From: Vicugna vicugna | Taxonomy: Eukaryota | DNA: 64,000 nucleotides | Direction of reading: 5' to 3' | Assembly: GCA_013265495.1 (NCBI GenBank) | Contig: MU058718.1 | Location: 1,674,001-1,738,000, forward strand | In this document: piece by piece, positions 1-10,920 of the stretch | How positions within the stretch are numbered: the stretch's first letter is position 1 | How the letters are laid out: every line of letters begins with the position of its first letter | Position numbers and translations under genes: made by a program | The notes under the pieces: model-generated | Told to the model about the DNA's origin: nothing | Databases searched by the model: none | What the model saw: the letters and a program-made list of their open reading frames with translations, nothing else

Positions 1-427
1 TTCTGCTCGTTCAAAAGCTGGCTGTTTGTAATTGCTTCCAGCTGGTCATCCACTTGCTCAGGAAGCCTTCTGGCCTCCGCTCTGCCACCAGCGTGCCCTG
101 GAAGCTCAGGTGTAGTCTCACCGCCTCTTGAACCAGAGATTCTTCACCTACTCAGAGAAACTAGTCATGCTTCCAGACGCAGCAGTGTCCGTGCCTGACG
201 ACAACATGCCTGCCAGGAGAGGCGGCCAAAGCCTCATTAGATGCCCTTCCCCAGAAAAATAAAAACTACGGAGAATTTAGGAGGCCATATCATTACGTTT
301 AATTCGCCAGTATTCACATGCCCCGCACTGCACACTAACCAGCTAACCAGCACCAGCAAGGTGCACAGATTAATTTACCCATTCCACAGGTAATTCTTAA
401 GCACTTAGTCGACATAAAACATTGTAT

Positions 428-620
428 TAAGTACAAACTACTGGCATAAAATCAGCTGCAAGGATATGTTGTACAACATGGGGAATATAGCCAATGTTTT
501 ATAATAACTACAAATGGAGTATAACCTTTAAAAATTGTCAATCACTATATTGGACCCCTGTAACGTATATAATATTGTAGAGCAACTATTCTTCAAAGTT
601 AAAAAATTTTTTTAATAAAT
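428..620 (+). mobile_element. L1 3'UTR terminal fragment (5'-truncated) with A-rich tail
   Basis: Reads like the Laurasiatherian L1 3' end (GGATATGTTGTACAACATGGGGAATATAGCCAAT...CAACTATTCTTCAA) followed by an A-rich tail; boundaries approximate. Confidence 0.8.
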
Positions 621-1669
621 AAAGAAACGAAACATGGTTCAAGGCACTGAGAAGGGTGTCTGTCCCATAGTCTGAAGATGCTAACTTCCCAGCAGGGAAT
701 CTTAAGAAACACACAGAAATCACTATGACTCACAGTAGACCGTGAGAAGGACCAAATGGCATTAGCTGGATTTTTTTGACTGCTCGCCTTATAAAGACAT
801 TATTCTTCTTCAAATTGATTTTGCCGGTTAAAAAGCTAGAGTGTTTAAGAGCAGTTGGCAGGGAAGGTTTAGTAGTTAGTTCTGTGAGAATCCTATCATT
901 TAGAAACCCAGGACGGGGACTGGGTATAGGAAACGGGACAAGGAATGCGAGCTCTAAAAAAAGCCTTTGGACTCACTTAGTTGGAAATTACCCTCTTTAT
1001 TCTGGGGCTAGAAGCGTCGCCGTGAGTTTTGGAGAGTTCTCACACAAACTGCATGACCATGCTCCGTCCCATACCCATGAGGAAGCTTCGTTATTTTTCC
1101 TAGCTCTTCATCATTTGCCTTCACACTGACAAAACTGTATTTCAGTTGTATCCTCAAAAAAAAAAAATGAGGTAAGATAATATTACCAAAGATTTCCAGC
1201 TCCTTGTACAAATGAGACCAAGTTTTTCCTGCAGCAATATATCATTAACTTGCCAACATCTGGGCTGAGAGGTGTGTGATGTTTTGAATCAAACTTCAAA
1301 GGTCAAGGGTAAGCAAGGACCTAGAATTCCTATTGCATCTAAAATTATTTTACAGCCTTCAAAAGAACATGGAAAAAATGATTGCAATTCTCAAAATTAT
1401 ATGCTGCCTTTGGGGAAAACATACATCTGAGTCTTGGGGAGCGCATAGGTAATGTCAGCAGGGCCGGGCCATTTTCCACATCGTAGTCAGTGCCAGACAG
1501 GAGGTGCAGAGGCACCGCCTGCGAGTCCCCACCTGTTGTCTGAAATGAGTGTGTGAGCGTTCATCATTTTCTCCCACAAATAGACACCCCTCCCCATTTT
1601 TTCCATTACCTCCTTGTTCCCTAAGCTTGCAATCCTGAGTCATTTTTCACTCTTCCTGTTCTCACATCA

Positions 1670-2350
1670 TGTATTCACTTATTTGACAATTCCCTAACAA
1701 CTCTCTCTGTACCATATCAGACCCTGTCCTGGGCGTCAGGATTCTAATGGTCGCTGCCCTCCTCGAGCCGCAGTCCAGTCACCCTAATGATACACAGTCC
1801 AGGTTGCTAACAGGTAAACAAGCAATTTCAATAGAGCAGTCTTGCTAAAAGCATGGGCTCAACCAACCTCTATTAAATCACAGCCTTTGGTCTGGGATCC
1901 GGAAGTCTGCATTAAGCACTGGAGGTGATGTCTGTGCCCACCAACATTTGGAAAGTCATTCAGCATGGAATAGTTTGTGTTAATATAGGAAGCCCTTGTG
2001 CTAGGCAGCGGAGTAAGGAGACACAGAGGGGCAGATGGAAGAGGGGTGCCAGGAGAAAGTTTCTGCAGAGAACAATGGCTACATTGAGATCTCAAGAAAA
2101 CAAAAGAATCACCTCCATTTAGGGGGAGGAGGTGAAGGGTAGGTACAAAAAGAGGGAATACCCCAGGGAGGGGCATTCTTTATGAAACCCAGAAGAGGAA
2201 AGAGATGTTCAGAGTTCAAGGAGAGTAGTAAGGAGAGACGGATTGAAGAGGTAAGCAGGAACCAGGTTGCAAAGAACCATATAACATTGGGGAATTTGGA
2301 CCTCATCTTAAAGGTATTGAGGAGCTATTGAGGGATTTTTAAGGAGGAGG
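1670..2350 (-). mobile_element. L2 LINE fragments (ancient)
   Basis: TATTCACTTATTTGACAA... resembles the reverse-complemented L2 3' end; L2-like GGAATTTGGACCTCATCTTAAAGG...GAGCTATTGAGGGATTTTTAAG near 2290-2345. Confidence 0.55.
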
Positions 2351-2469
2351 TGGGCAGAAAGAGAGAATTAGAGAGATTAGATGAGCAGAGTGATTTGTTT
2401 TCCCCAGTCACCATGGGTTCATGCTACTCTGCTACTCTGCTACTCTTCAAGAGAACCACCTTCAAGGTG

Positions 2470-2745
2470 GAGATTTTTCCATCTCTCCTAAATATGTCCC
2501 TCTCTTTCCACTTCCACAGACACAACCCTATTCTAATATTTTGAACCCTTCATATCTGGATTACGGCAGCATCTTTCAAAGTGTTTGCCTTGTCACCTTG
2601 CCCAATCTCGCCTGTTGAATATGCTCGCTCAGAATGACCTCAGCCATTGATTTCATCATGTTACTATCCTGCTCGAGGATCTTTCTCTTTCTTTAGCGAT
2701 TAAACTTCTCATCCTAACACTCAAAGCTGCCACCATCCACTCTTT
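2470..2745 (+). mobile_element. L2 LINE fragment
   Basis: L2-like CTGGATTACGGCAGCATC...CATCATGTTACTATCCTGCTC...AAACTTCTCATCCTAACACTCAAAGC. Confidence 0.5.
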
Positions 2746-3046
2746 CCACCTTCACCCCCTCGGCACTTAGGATCTTCCTGCTTCCTCAGACCTTCAGGCA
2801 CAGCATGGAAGGAATAGCTGTACCACCTGGTACCTGTCGATGGAAACATTTACTCCTGAGAATTAACTCCCAATTATATCACATATTCAAGTCTATTACC
2901 TTTCATTATGGAGTCAAAGACCTGATTTCTTATGCAAGGACTGTCAGGTATCAGTAAAAATAGGTAGGAAAGATTTTCTGAGAGTGAAGTTTCTCTCTGA
3001 CTTCCTGACATCATATGTGGTATAAAAAAATGCCTAGTAACACACA

Positions 3047-3091
3047 GAGGAGGGGCCAAGATGGCAGAGTAGAAGGACACTTGTAGCTCAC
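3047..3091 (+). mobile_element. 45-bp L1 5'-terminal stub flanked by a 14-bp TSD
   Basis: GAGGAGGGGCCAAGATGGCAGAGTAGAAGGAC...GCTCAC is an L1 5' start with the YY1 core CAAGATGGC; flanked by CCTAGTAACACACA (3033-3046) and CCTAGTAATGCACA (3092-3105). Confidence 0.75.
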
Positions 3092-3492
3092 CCTAGTAAT
3101 GCACAATCTGAGCTACTGTGGTAGGAGATGACACTTTGAACTTAGTATCTATTCTGCACCATGCCCCCCATGTCATTTTCATTGCATAATTTACAGAAGT
3201 TTGTTGTTCTACTAGATTTTAAGTAGTTACAAAAAGGCTTTGCCCATTTCTGGAACACCAGGACATCATTTGGAATGTTTCATTGCGGTACTGGGAATTG
3301 GGATGCCATCATACTAAATTCCCTCCTGACCCTCTCTCCCTGGCAGAAAGGAATTCAGATTCTATTCTTGATAGGGTTGCCAATGTCTCTTTCCCAACCT
3401 GTGGACCAGTGCCCCAGTGAGACTCCCACTCCACTTCAAGGTGATGAAGCCAGCCATCACCCCCCCTCCCCATCCCACTCACTGGAATAGGT

Positions 3493-3626
3493 GAGTGGTT
3501 TATCCAGTGGTTTCAAATAAATTCAGGTATCAAGACTTTTGCCATTTTGCTTGGCATGTTTGTGGAACTTATGTAGAAACATTTTTCCTGACTTTTAATT
3601 TGAGTTTTCCTTTTCTCGATTTCATC
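3493..3626 (-). mobile_element. L3/CR1-like fragment
   Basis: Aligns by eye with 6578-6712, which lies in a longer CR1-like remnant. Confidence 0.5.
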
Positions 3627-3845
3627 AAATTAGTCATCTAAAAGTCAGAGTCATTTGTGAGTCATAAATTATGTCTTTTGTAGAAAAAGTCATGGAACAG
3701 ACAGAAAAAGAGAGAGAAAGAGATGGAGAGAGACAGAAAGAGGAAGAGAGGCTGAGAGAAAAGGAGTGAAAAACACTTTCGTTTTAAGATGGAAAGAACA
3801 CTTTCAAAATTGGCTTAGTGATGCGCAGTATCATGGAGTCCTTTT

Positions 3846-6223
3846 ATCTTTTTTTCTTTTTGAATAGATTTAATGAGTTATAATTCACATTCCATGCAAT
3901 TCACCATGTAACGTATACAATTCGAAAGTTTGTAATATACTCACAGGGTTGTGCAACTACAGTCTAATCTTAGAACATTCTCATACCTCCAATCTCCCAT
4001 CCACTGGCAACTACTAATCTACTTTTGTCTCTATAGTTTTGCCTATTTGGGGCTATTTCATATAATTATGAATTATACATTACAGAATAGGTGACATTTC
4101 ATGAGTGATTTCTTTCACTTAGCATGATGTTTTCAAGTTTCATCCATATTGTAGCCTGCATCAGTATTTCAATTATATTTATTGCCAAATAACATTTCAC
4201 TTTAACCATTCATCAGGTGATGGACATTTGGGTGGTTTCCACTTTGAGCTATTATAAACTATGTTGCTATGAATATCTGTGTACAAGTTTGTGTACAGAT
4301 GTATGTTTTTAATTCTCTAGCCTATATACCTAGACGTGGAATTGCTGAATCATATGCTAACTCTATATATAACATTTAAGGAACTGACAAACTGTTTCCA
4401 CAGCAGCTGCACCATTTTACATTCCCACTAACAATGTGTGAGAATTCCATTTTCTCCATATCCTCGCCAAAAGTTTTTATCTGTATTTTTAAATTATAGC
4501 CATCTGAGTGAGTTAAAGAGGTATCTCATTATGATTTTGATTTTCATTTCCTTGATGACTAATGATGTTGAGCATCTTATCATGTGCCTACTGGCCATTT
4601 GTATATGTTCTATGGAGAAATATCTATCTGGATCCTTTGTTCATGTTTTAAATTGAGTTATTTGTCTTTTTACAATTGAGTTGTAAGAATGCTTTATACA
4701 TTCTGGCTATCAGTCCATTGCCAGATATATGATTTGCAAATGTTTTCTCTCATTCTGTGTATTGTCTTTTAATTTTCTTGATGATATTGTTTGGAACACA
4801 AAAGTTTTTAGTCTTAATGTAGTCCAGTTTATCTATTTTTTTTTCTTTAGTTGATTGTGTCACATCTTAAAAACTATTGCCTAACTCAGGGTCATGAAGA
4901 TTTACTTTTATGTTTTCTTCTAATAGTTTTATAGTTTTAGCTCCTAAATGAACGTCCTTGATCCATTTTGAATTAATTTTTGTATATGGTGTGAGGTAGG
5001 CATCCAGCTTCATTCTTTTGTATGTGGAAATCCAGGTGTACTGTTTGTTAAAATGACTATTCTTTCCCTATCAAATTGTCTTGACACTTTGTCAAAAAAT
5101 CATTTGATCATATGTAATGGTATATTTCTGGACTCTTAATTCTATTCCATTGATCTATCTGTCTATCCTTACACCAGTATCATACTGTCTAGATTATTGT
5201 ACTGTAAGTAACTTTTGAAATTGGAAAGTGTGAGCTCTCCAATTTTGCTCTTTTTTTTTCTTTTTCAAGGTTATTTTGGCTATTCTGGGTCCCTTGTATT
5301 TCCATATGAATTTTGGGATCAGCCTATCAATTTCTGCCCAAAAAAAGCGATCTGCAGTTTTGATATGAATTGCATTGAATCTGTAGACTAGTTGATAAGT
5401 TGATCCCTTTTCTTCTGTTTTTTGGACGTGTTTGTGAAGGATTTGTGTTAATTGTTCTTTAAGTGTTCGGTGGAACTCACCAGTGAGGCCATCTAGTTCT
5501 GGGCTTTTCTTCGTGGGAAGATTTTTTTAATTACTAGTTCAATCTCCTTACTTATAAATTAATTCAAATTTATATTTCTTCTTGAGGTAGTCTTAGTAAC
5601 TTGTGTCTTGCAGGAAATCTGTTCATTTTATCTAAATAATCTAATTTGTTGGCATTCCGTTTTTCATAGTATTCTTTTTAATCCTCTTCATTTCTGTAAA
5701 ATCAGTGATTTCCCTCTTTTATTCCTGATTTCAGTCATTTGAGGCGTCTCTCTTTTTTTCCTTAGCAGATTTATCTAAATGTTTATCACTTCTGTTGATC
5801 TTTTTGAAGGTCCAACTTTTTCTTTCATTGGTTTTTCTATTCTTTTTCTATTCTGTTTAACTTATTTCCACTCAATGTTTTCTATTTCCTTTCTTCTTAC
5901 TTTAGATTCAGTTGGCTCTTCTTTTTCAGGTTTCTTAAGGGAAAAGTTAGATTACTGACTTGAGATTTTTCTTTTTTCTTTTTTTAATATAGGCATTTAC
6001 AGGTATAGGTCTTCTCTGAGCACTGTGTTGGCTGCATCCTGTAAGTTTTGCTTTCATTCTTTTCATGTTATTTTCATTTTTATTCATCTCAAAGTATTTT
6101 CTAATTTCTCTCAAGCTTTCTTCTTTGGCCCATTGATTATTTAGGAATAAGTTATTTTATTTCCACATATTAGTAGATTTCCCAATTTCCCTTCTGTTAT
6201 TGATTCCTGATTAAATTCCATGA
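3846..6223 (-). mobile_element. Old L1 (L1MB-like), 5'-truncated, 3'UTR plus degraded ORF2 with internal deletion
   Basis: Poly-T start then antisense L1MB-type 3'UTR (ATAATTCACATTCCATGCAATTCACC) and ORF2 text; the 4438-4656 ORF is antisense L1; GAGTCCTTTT at both ends (from 3836 and from 6224) is a probable TSD. Confidence 0.9.
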
Positions 6224-6539
6224 GAGTCCTTTTTTTTTTTTTAAATACTTCGAGGTATCCAGCCAAAATTATTCGTTGCAATTCCATTCAAAATGCAAAA
6301 ACAAACTAAAGCCTGAACCCAAATAAGCTTGAACAAAGCAATTTAAGGAACAAACTCTGGAAGGAGAAAAAAAAATGTAATAAGCATCCTAGTGATTTAC
6401 TTTCCCAGCGAATCTAACTGATTATTTATTTTAAAATTAAAAAGAGATAGAAAATACCTTCAAGATTTTTAGATTAGGGAACACCTAATTTAGAGAATTT
6501 GCAAATATTGGTGAGAACAAGGAAATCATGGATTTTTAG

Positions 6540-7330
6540 ATAGAGAGAAGGTGGGCTAGGAGAGGACTAAAAAATATGAGTGGTTTTCCAATCTAGTTTT
6601 AAGTGATTTCAAATAACAAGACTTCTACCACTTCCCCTGGCAAATTTGTAGAACTTGTATAAGAAATATTTTCTTGACATTCAGGCTGAGTTTTCCTTTC
6701 CTCAATTTCATCATGTCAGACATAGCCATGCCTCTGTACACCACCCCAAGCCATTCCTCTCCTTATTTAGTTTGAGTTTCAGCTCCTCAAGGACCTGCAG
6801 AAGGCTATTATATCCCCTCTTTTCATTCTTCATCCAAGTCAAACAGATTTAGGCCTCTTAATCTGTCTTCTTAAGCCAGCTATTCTACTTTTGAATTTAT
6901 GTTCTTTGAATGTCGTCCAGTGCATTCACTCTTTCTAATTCATGGGGACCCTGAACTGTGCCTGAGTCATAAGGACTCACTCTTGATGTCACATAAGCAA
7001 CTGTCCCACCTCTGTGCCCCTGGCATTTTATCTGAGGTATGAAGCCCAAAATAGTACTTAAAAATAAAAATTAAGACATTTGCTTTCCATTACCAACCAC
7101 AGGTGGTTTTCAGTCTCACTGCTTTCCAAGTACTGAACCACCATCCAGTTGGACGTCTGTCATTTGGATTATTTTTTCCCTCTTTCAGGCGGCAGAAATA
7201 AGCAAGTTCTTTCCCTGGCTCTCTCAACATTCCCAACAGTTCATCTGGTCTGGTTCAACCATTCACAGCTAAGGCCTGCCAAGTTTACAAGTGCACAAGT
7301 TCTGTCAGAGTCCTGCGGGTGTACTCCGGC
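6540..7330 (-). mobile_element. L3/CR1 LINE remnant
   Basis: CR1-like antisense ORF2/3' text (AAGACTTCTACCACTTCCCCTGGCAA; CTTCATCCAAGTCAAACA; CATGGGGACCCTGAACTG); highly diverged, edges approximate. Confidence 0.55.
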
Positions 7331-8609
7331 TATTTCTGAAACCCTGGGGCTAATCTATACTATTATATGCCTCCCAGTGCCTTGGCAGAGTCCCAAGCAC
7401 AAACCTACGTCTGATTATTTTGTATGCTTTTTTAAATCTAGCTAAAAGTATAAGATTTTCTCTACCTAAGTTTTAGAATTGTGTTCTCTAAAAGGTTCAA
7501 TAGCTCTTGGATTCCAACGGCACGTAAGTACTAGTACACAAAAGTACAAGCTCACAGTACTTGCACCGGATGCAAGATCCACACATGCACGCGCTCGAGA
7601 CTATTGATGACCGGGCATTTGTGCTGGTTTCTATCCACTGATTTTTATGAACAAAATGCACTGACTCCTCATTCATTTGAATGTTACCAGTTGAGAAGGT
7701 AATCTTGCCAGGGCTGAAATTTATCTTTGCCCTTTGGATGAAGATTCCCTAAGCAGATAAATACCACGCAGGCGGGGTTTCTATGTTTGGCACATGTAAA
7801 TGAATAATGGTGCCTGAGAACTGTAACACACAAATTATTGAGTATTTTCTCCACGAGTGTGTCTTATGTGTTCATTAAAGCAGGCTTGGTAGCATCCCTA
7901 CTTGAAAGAGTATGTTAAAAAATTAATATGAGTTACATATGGAACAGAAAAGATTGAATTTCCTTTCAAATGGGAATTCAGATCTTTCTGACTTCCTACA
8001 GCACTGGAAAAACTATATGTGTGTCATTCGTTTAAGTCCCAACCACAGATGCAAAGCCAGGATCCCGGAATAGAATCCATCTCCTCCTACCTTACTGGTC
8101 TACTTTCATTTGACATTGTACCTTCAGTGGTCACTCCTTTGCTCAAAAGTAACTCTAGAGATATTACCATTGTGCGACTCCTTTCAGATAATGTATTTGT
8201 CAGACTGTAAGCCCCAAAGAGCAGATACTGGGTGGAGGCTTCCTCACACAATGCATTTTATATCATCTGACCTTAAAAAATATATGATTAATGTACAGGT
8301 AAGATTTGAATGTCTTAAACCACAGGAGTAAATGACAGAAACTTCAGATATTCTGGGTGACCTTCTGAAATGAGTGGGACTTTTCATTTATTTTAAATTA
8401 TACCACAAAGACTTTTCATTTGCTCACCCAACCAGTAGGTTTTCACAGAGCAATGTTTAAGAAAATGTGGAGCCAGACATTGACTCAGATAACTGGACCT
8501 AAAGAATAAACATTTCCTGACAAAAAGAAAATGTAGAACCAGCAGCGAGACTATACACTCGACCCAGTGAGTTCAAGTCAGGAAAATGCCAAACCCGGAT
8601 ATACAACCA

Positions 8610-8780
8610 ATATTCTAGAACTAGAAGGGACCTCACAGAGTACTTTGCTCAATCACTTTATTTTCCAGATCCAGATCCTGAGACCAAGAAAGATTAAGAG
8701 ACTTGCCCAAGAACGCAAACATAGCACTAAAGCCAAAACAGAAGCACACTATTCCTGTCCCCCAGTCCCTTGCTCTTCCA
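8610..8780 (-). mobile_element. MIR (MIR3/MIRc-like)
   Basis: CTAGAAGGGACCTC...TTATTTTCCAGAT...CTGAGACCAAGAAAGATTAAGAGACTTGCCCAAG core. Confidence 0.7.
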
Positions 8781-8965
8781 GCTATGTCTGAAGTTTATCA
8801 TTTATACTGCCGGTTGAGTGGATGATCTTCCATGTAAACCTAAAGATTCATCAGTGACTCAGATTTTTTTAAGTTTGAATAGCAAAAACATTTGTTCAAA
8901 TCTAACTCAAAGGAAGCCTAAATCTTAGGCTTTACCTAACATTATTTGCTTCTTCCCCTTGGCAG

Positions 8966-9081
8966 CTGTCATAGTTAAAGGCACTTCATGATATCCTCTA
9001 AGATTTTTGCTTTAAAATGGTCATTATACTACCACAGGGCAAAAAAATACGTAAAATAACTTAACTCCCCTGCCTAGGATG
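8966..9081 (+). other. Candidate non-coding or 5'UTR exon
   Basis: Branch-like CCTAAC 8935-8940, pyrimidine tract, CAG ending 8965, donor ATG|GTAAGT at 9081/9082; stops in all three frames. No expression evidence. Confidence 0.3.
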
Positions 9082-10004
9082 GTAAGTAGGATCACAGGCT
9101 GTCTATGAAAAAGTACCACTGAGGGAGTCAGTTCAACTGTTTATGTAAGTGGATGGCTACACAAAGCTTCGCCGGTACGGGGCTGTTCCGCCATGTTGTG
9201 GGCAGCCCAGAGGACCTGCAAGAGAACAGTCACTACTGCTCCTGGCCACAGTCTTGTTTGGATCCTATGTCTGTACAGCAGGCAAAAACAAAAAGCCAAG
9301 AGTAGATTCCAGAAGAGAACAGCAAACCCTAACGATACAATTTCCCACAGTTCTAATGAGCAATGGCAACTTTTTCCTCTCTTTCCTTAAACCCCAAGGT
9401 TTCTTACGTTTCCTAGAATTTTGCCAAGGTGTGGGTACACATCAGTGTCAACAGTCAGGAACGTGTATTAGAAGCCAACATGGTAGGCCCAGGAAAATTG
9501 CAGGATGCTTTCCCTCCTCAACCCCTTTTTTCCTCTCTCTAAGCTTTTGATCCCTCCAAAAGCATCTTATGTCCCGGGGATCCTGATAAAGACTCGTGGC
9601 AGGGATGGTATATTCATGATATCTGTGCCCCTGCTCCTTGCCCGCTCTGCCTATGGCTGACTTTGCTAATCATGATTCTTTCCCCAGTGGACGTGGCCTG
9701 GTATTTGAGCTCAATACAGAATTCCAAACGTTCATTCCTAATCAAACAGAACACACAGGAGAAAAATTCCCAAATCCCAAAAGTTTCCAATGACTCAATG
9801 GACATGGACAATGATATGCAAAATAACAGGCTGCAAGATTGACATTTCTCCCCTCAAATCATCCAAATGAAGAAGCAGTCTTTGTTTGCCAAGATAAATA
9901 AGAAAGCCTTAGAAAATACTGTTACCCTAGATCTAGAGACACTTCGACAATTTAACACTTGGAGGTTCGAGGGCTCAACAGTGTCACTGTGCATTCCCGA
10001 AACA

Positions 10005-10191
10005 CAATGGTTCTCAGACTTTAACAGCCATCAGAGTCACCTGGAGGGCCCTTGATTAAACACAGGTTGCTGGGCCCCATCCTCAGAGTTCCTGATTCAG
10101 TTGGTTGGGGCAGGGCCCAAGATTTTACATAGATAAGTTCCCAGGTGACACTGACACCGCTGGTCAAGGGACCACACTTTGAGAACCACTG
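10005..10191. mobile_element. MER5A hAT-Charlie non-autonomous DNA transposon
   Basis: Terminal inverted repeats CAATGGTTCTCA...TGAGAACCACTG; internal CATCAGAGTCACCTGGAGGG...GCTGGGCCCCATCCTCAGAGTTCCTGATTCAG. Confidence 0.9.
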
Positions 10192-10264
10192 TTGCAGTCC
10201 TTTGTACTGGGGAGTCCATCCTTCTCCTTATCCCTATGCCCGCTCACCCGAAACCACATTCCTG

Positions 10265-10920
10265 AGGTCACAGAGCTCTAAAAACAGCAATTCCAACGGT
10301 CTTCTCCGTCTCTGTTCTCCCTGACCTCTCAGCAACATTCAGTCTTTATACCCACCCCTCTCTTAGCTGCTTTAGTGCTGAATCACCCAGAGTTTCCTTC
10401 TAAATGTATCATTGAATGAATCTTCAGTAACTCCTTACACCCAAAGAAATCTAGGCTTGTCCTTAGTTCTTTTCTCTTTCTGAACATATTTTATCTCACC
10501 TATTTCCATGAATGACTTCTAAACACATTCATTTCGATTTAATCGGCATCTCCCAAATCCACGCTTTCATTCTTGACTTCTTCCATCTTTATATGCCCAG
10601 CACATGGTGTTGTGCCAAATCTCCCATTCACCATGATCCACACGACAGTGGAAGCTACCCTTCCAGTCTTGCCTTATCCCACACCCCCAGATGAATTGTG
10701 TACTGACAGTTGTACTTGCTACACGTTTTGTTTCTTTATTTCCAAACTTGTGGGTTCCATTCATCCTGTGCTTCCGCCTGAAAGGCCCTCATACCTGTAG
10801 CTCCTCGTTTAAAACCTATATAATTACCAAGACCCAACTACATGCTGCCACCTTTATGAAGTCTTCGCTGATTACCCAGACTAGACAAGCTTTCCTTCCC
10901 TTTCTTGAACTCCTCTCATG
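10265..10920 (+). mobile_element. L2 LINE fragments
   Basis: TGACCTCTCAGCAACATT and later CAAGACCCAACTACATGCTGCCACCTTTATGAAGTCTTC are L2-like. Confidence 0.5.

Noticed and set aside
1..230. Possible minus-strand coding exon at the window start
   Set aside because: An acceptor-like CTCTCCTGGCAG is present but all frames read from it hit stops; no recognisable protein.
776..1129. 117-aa ORF
   Set aside because: Non-ATG start, no family resemblance, partly overlaps MIR-like sequence.
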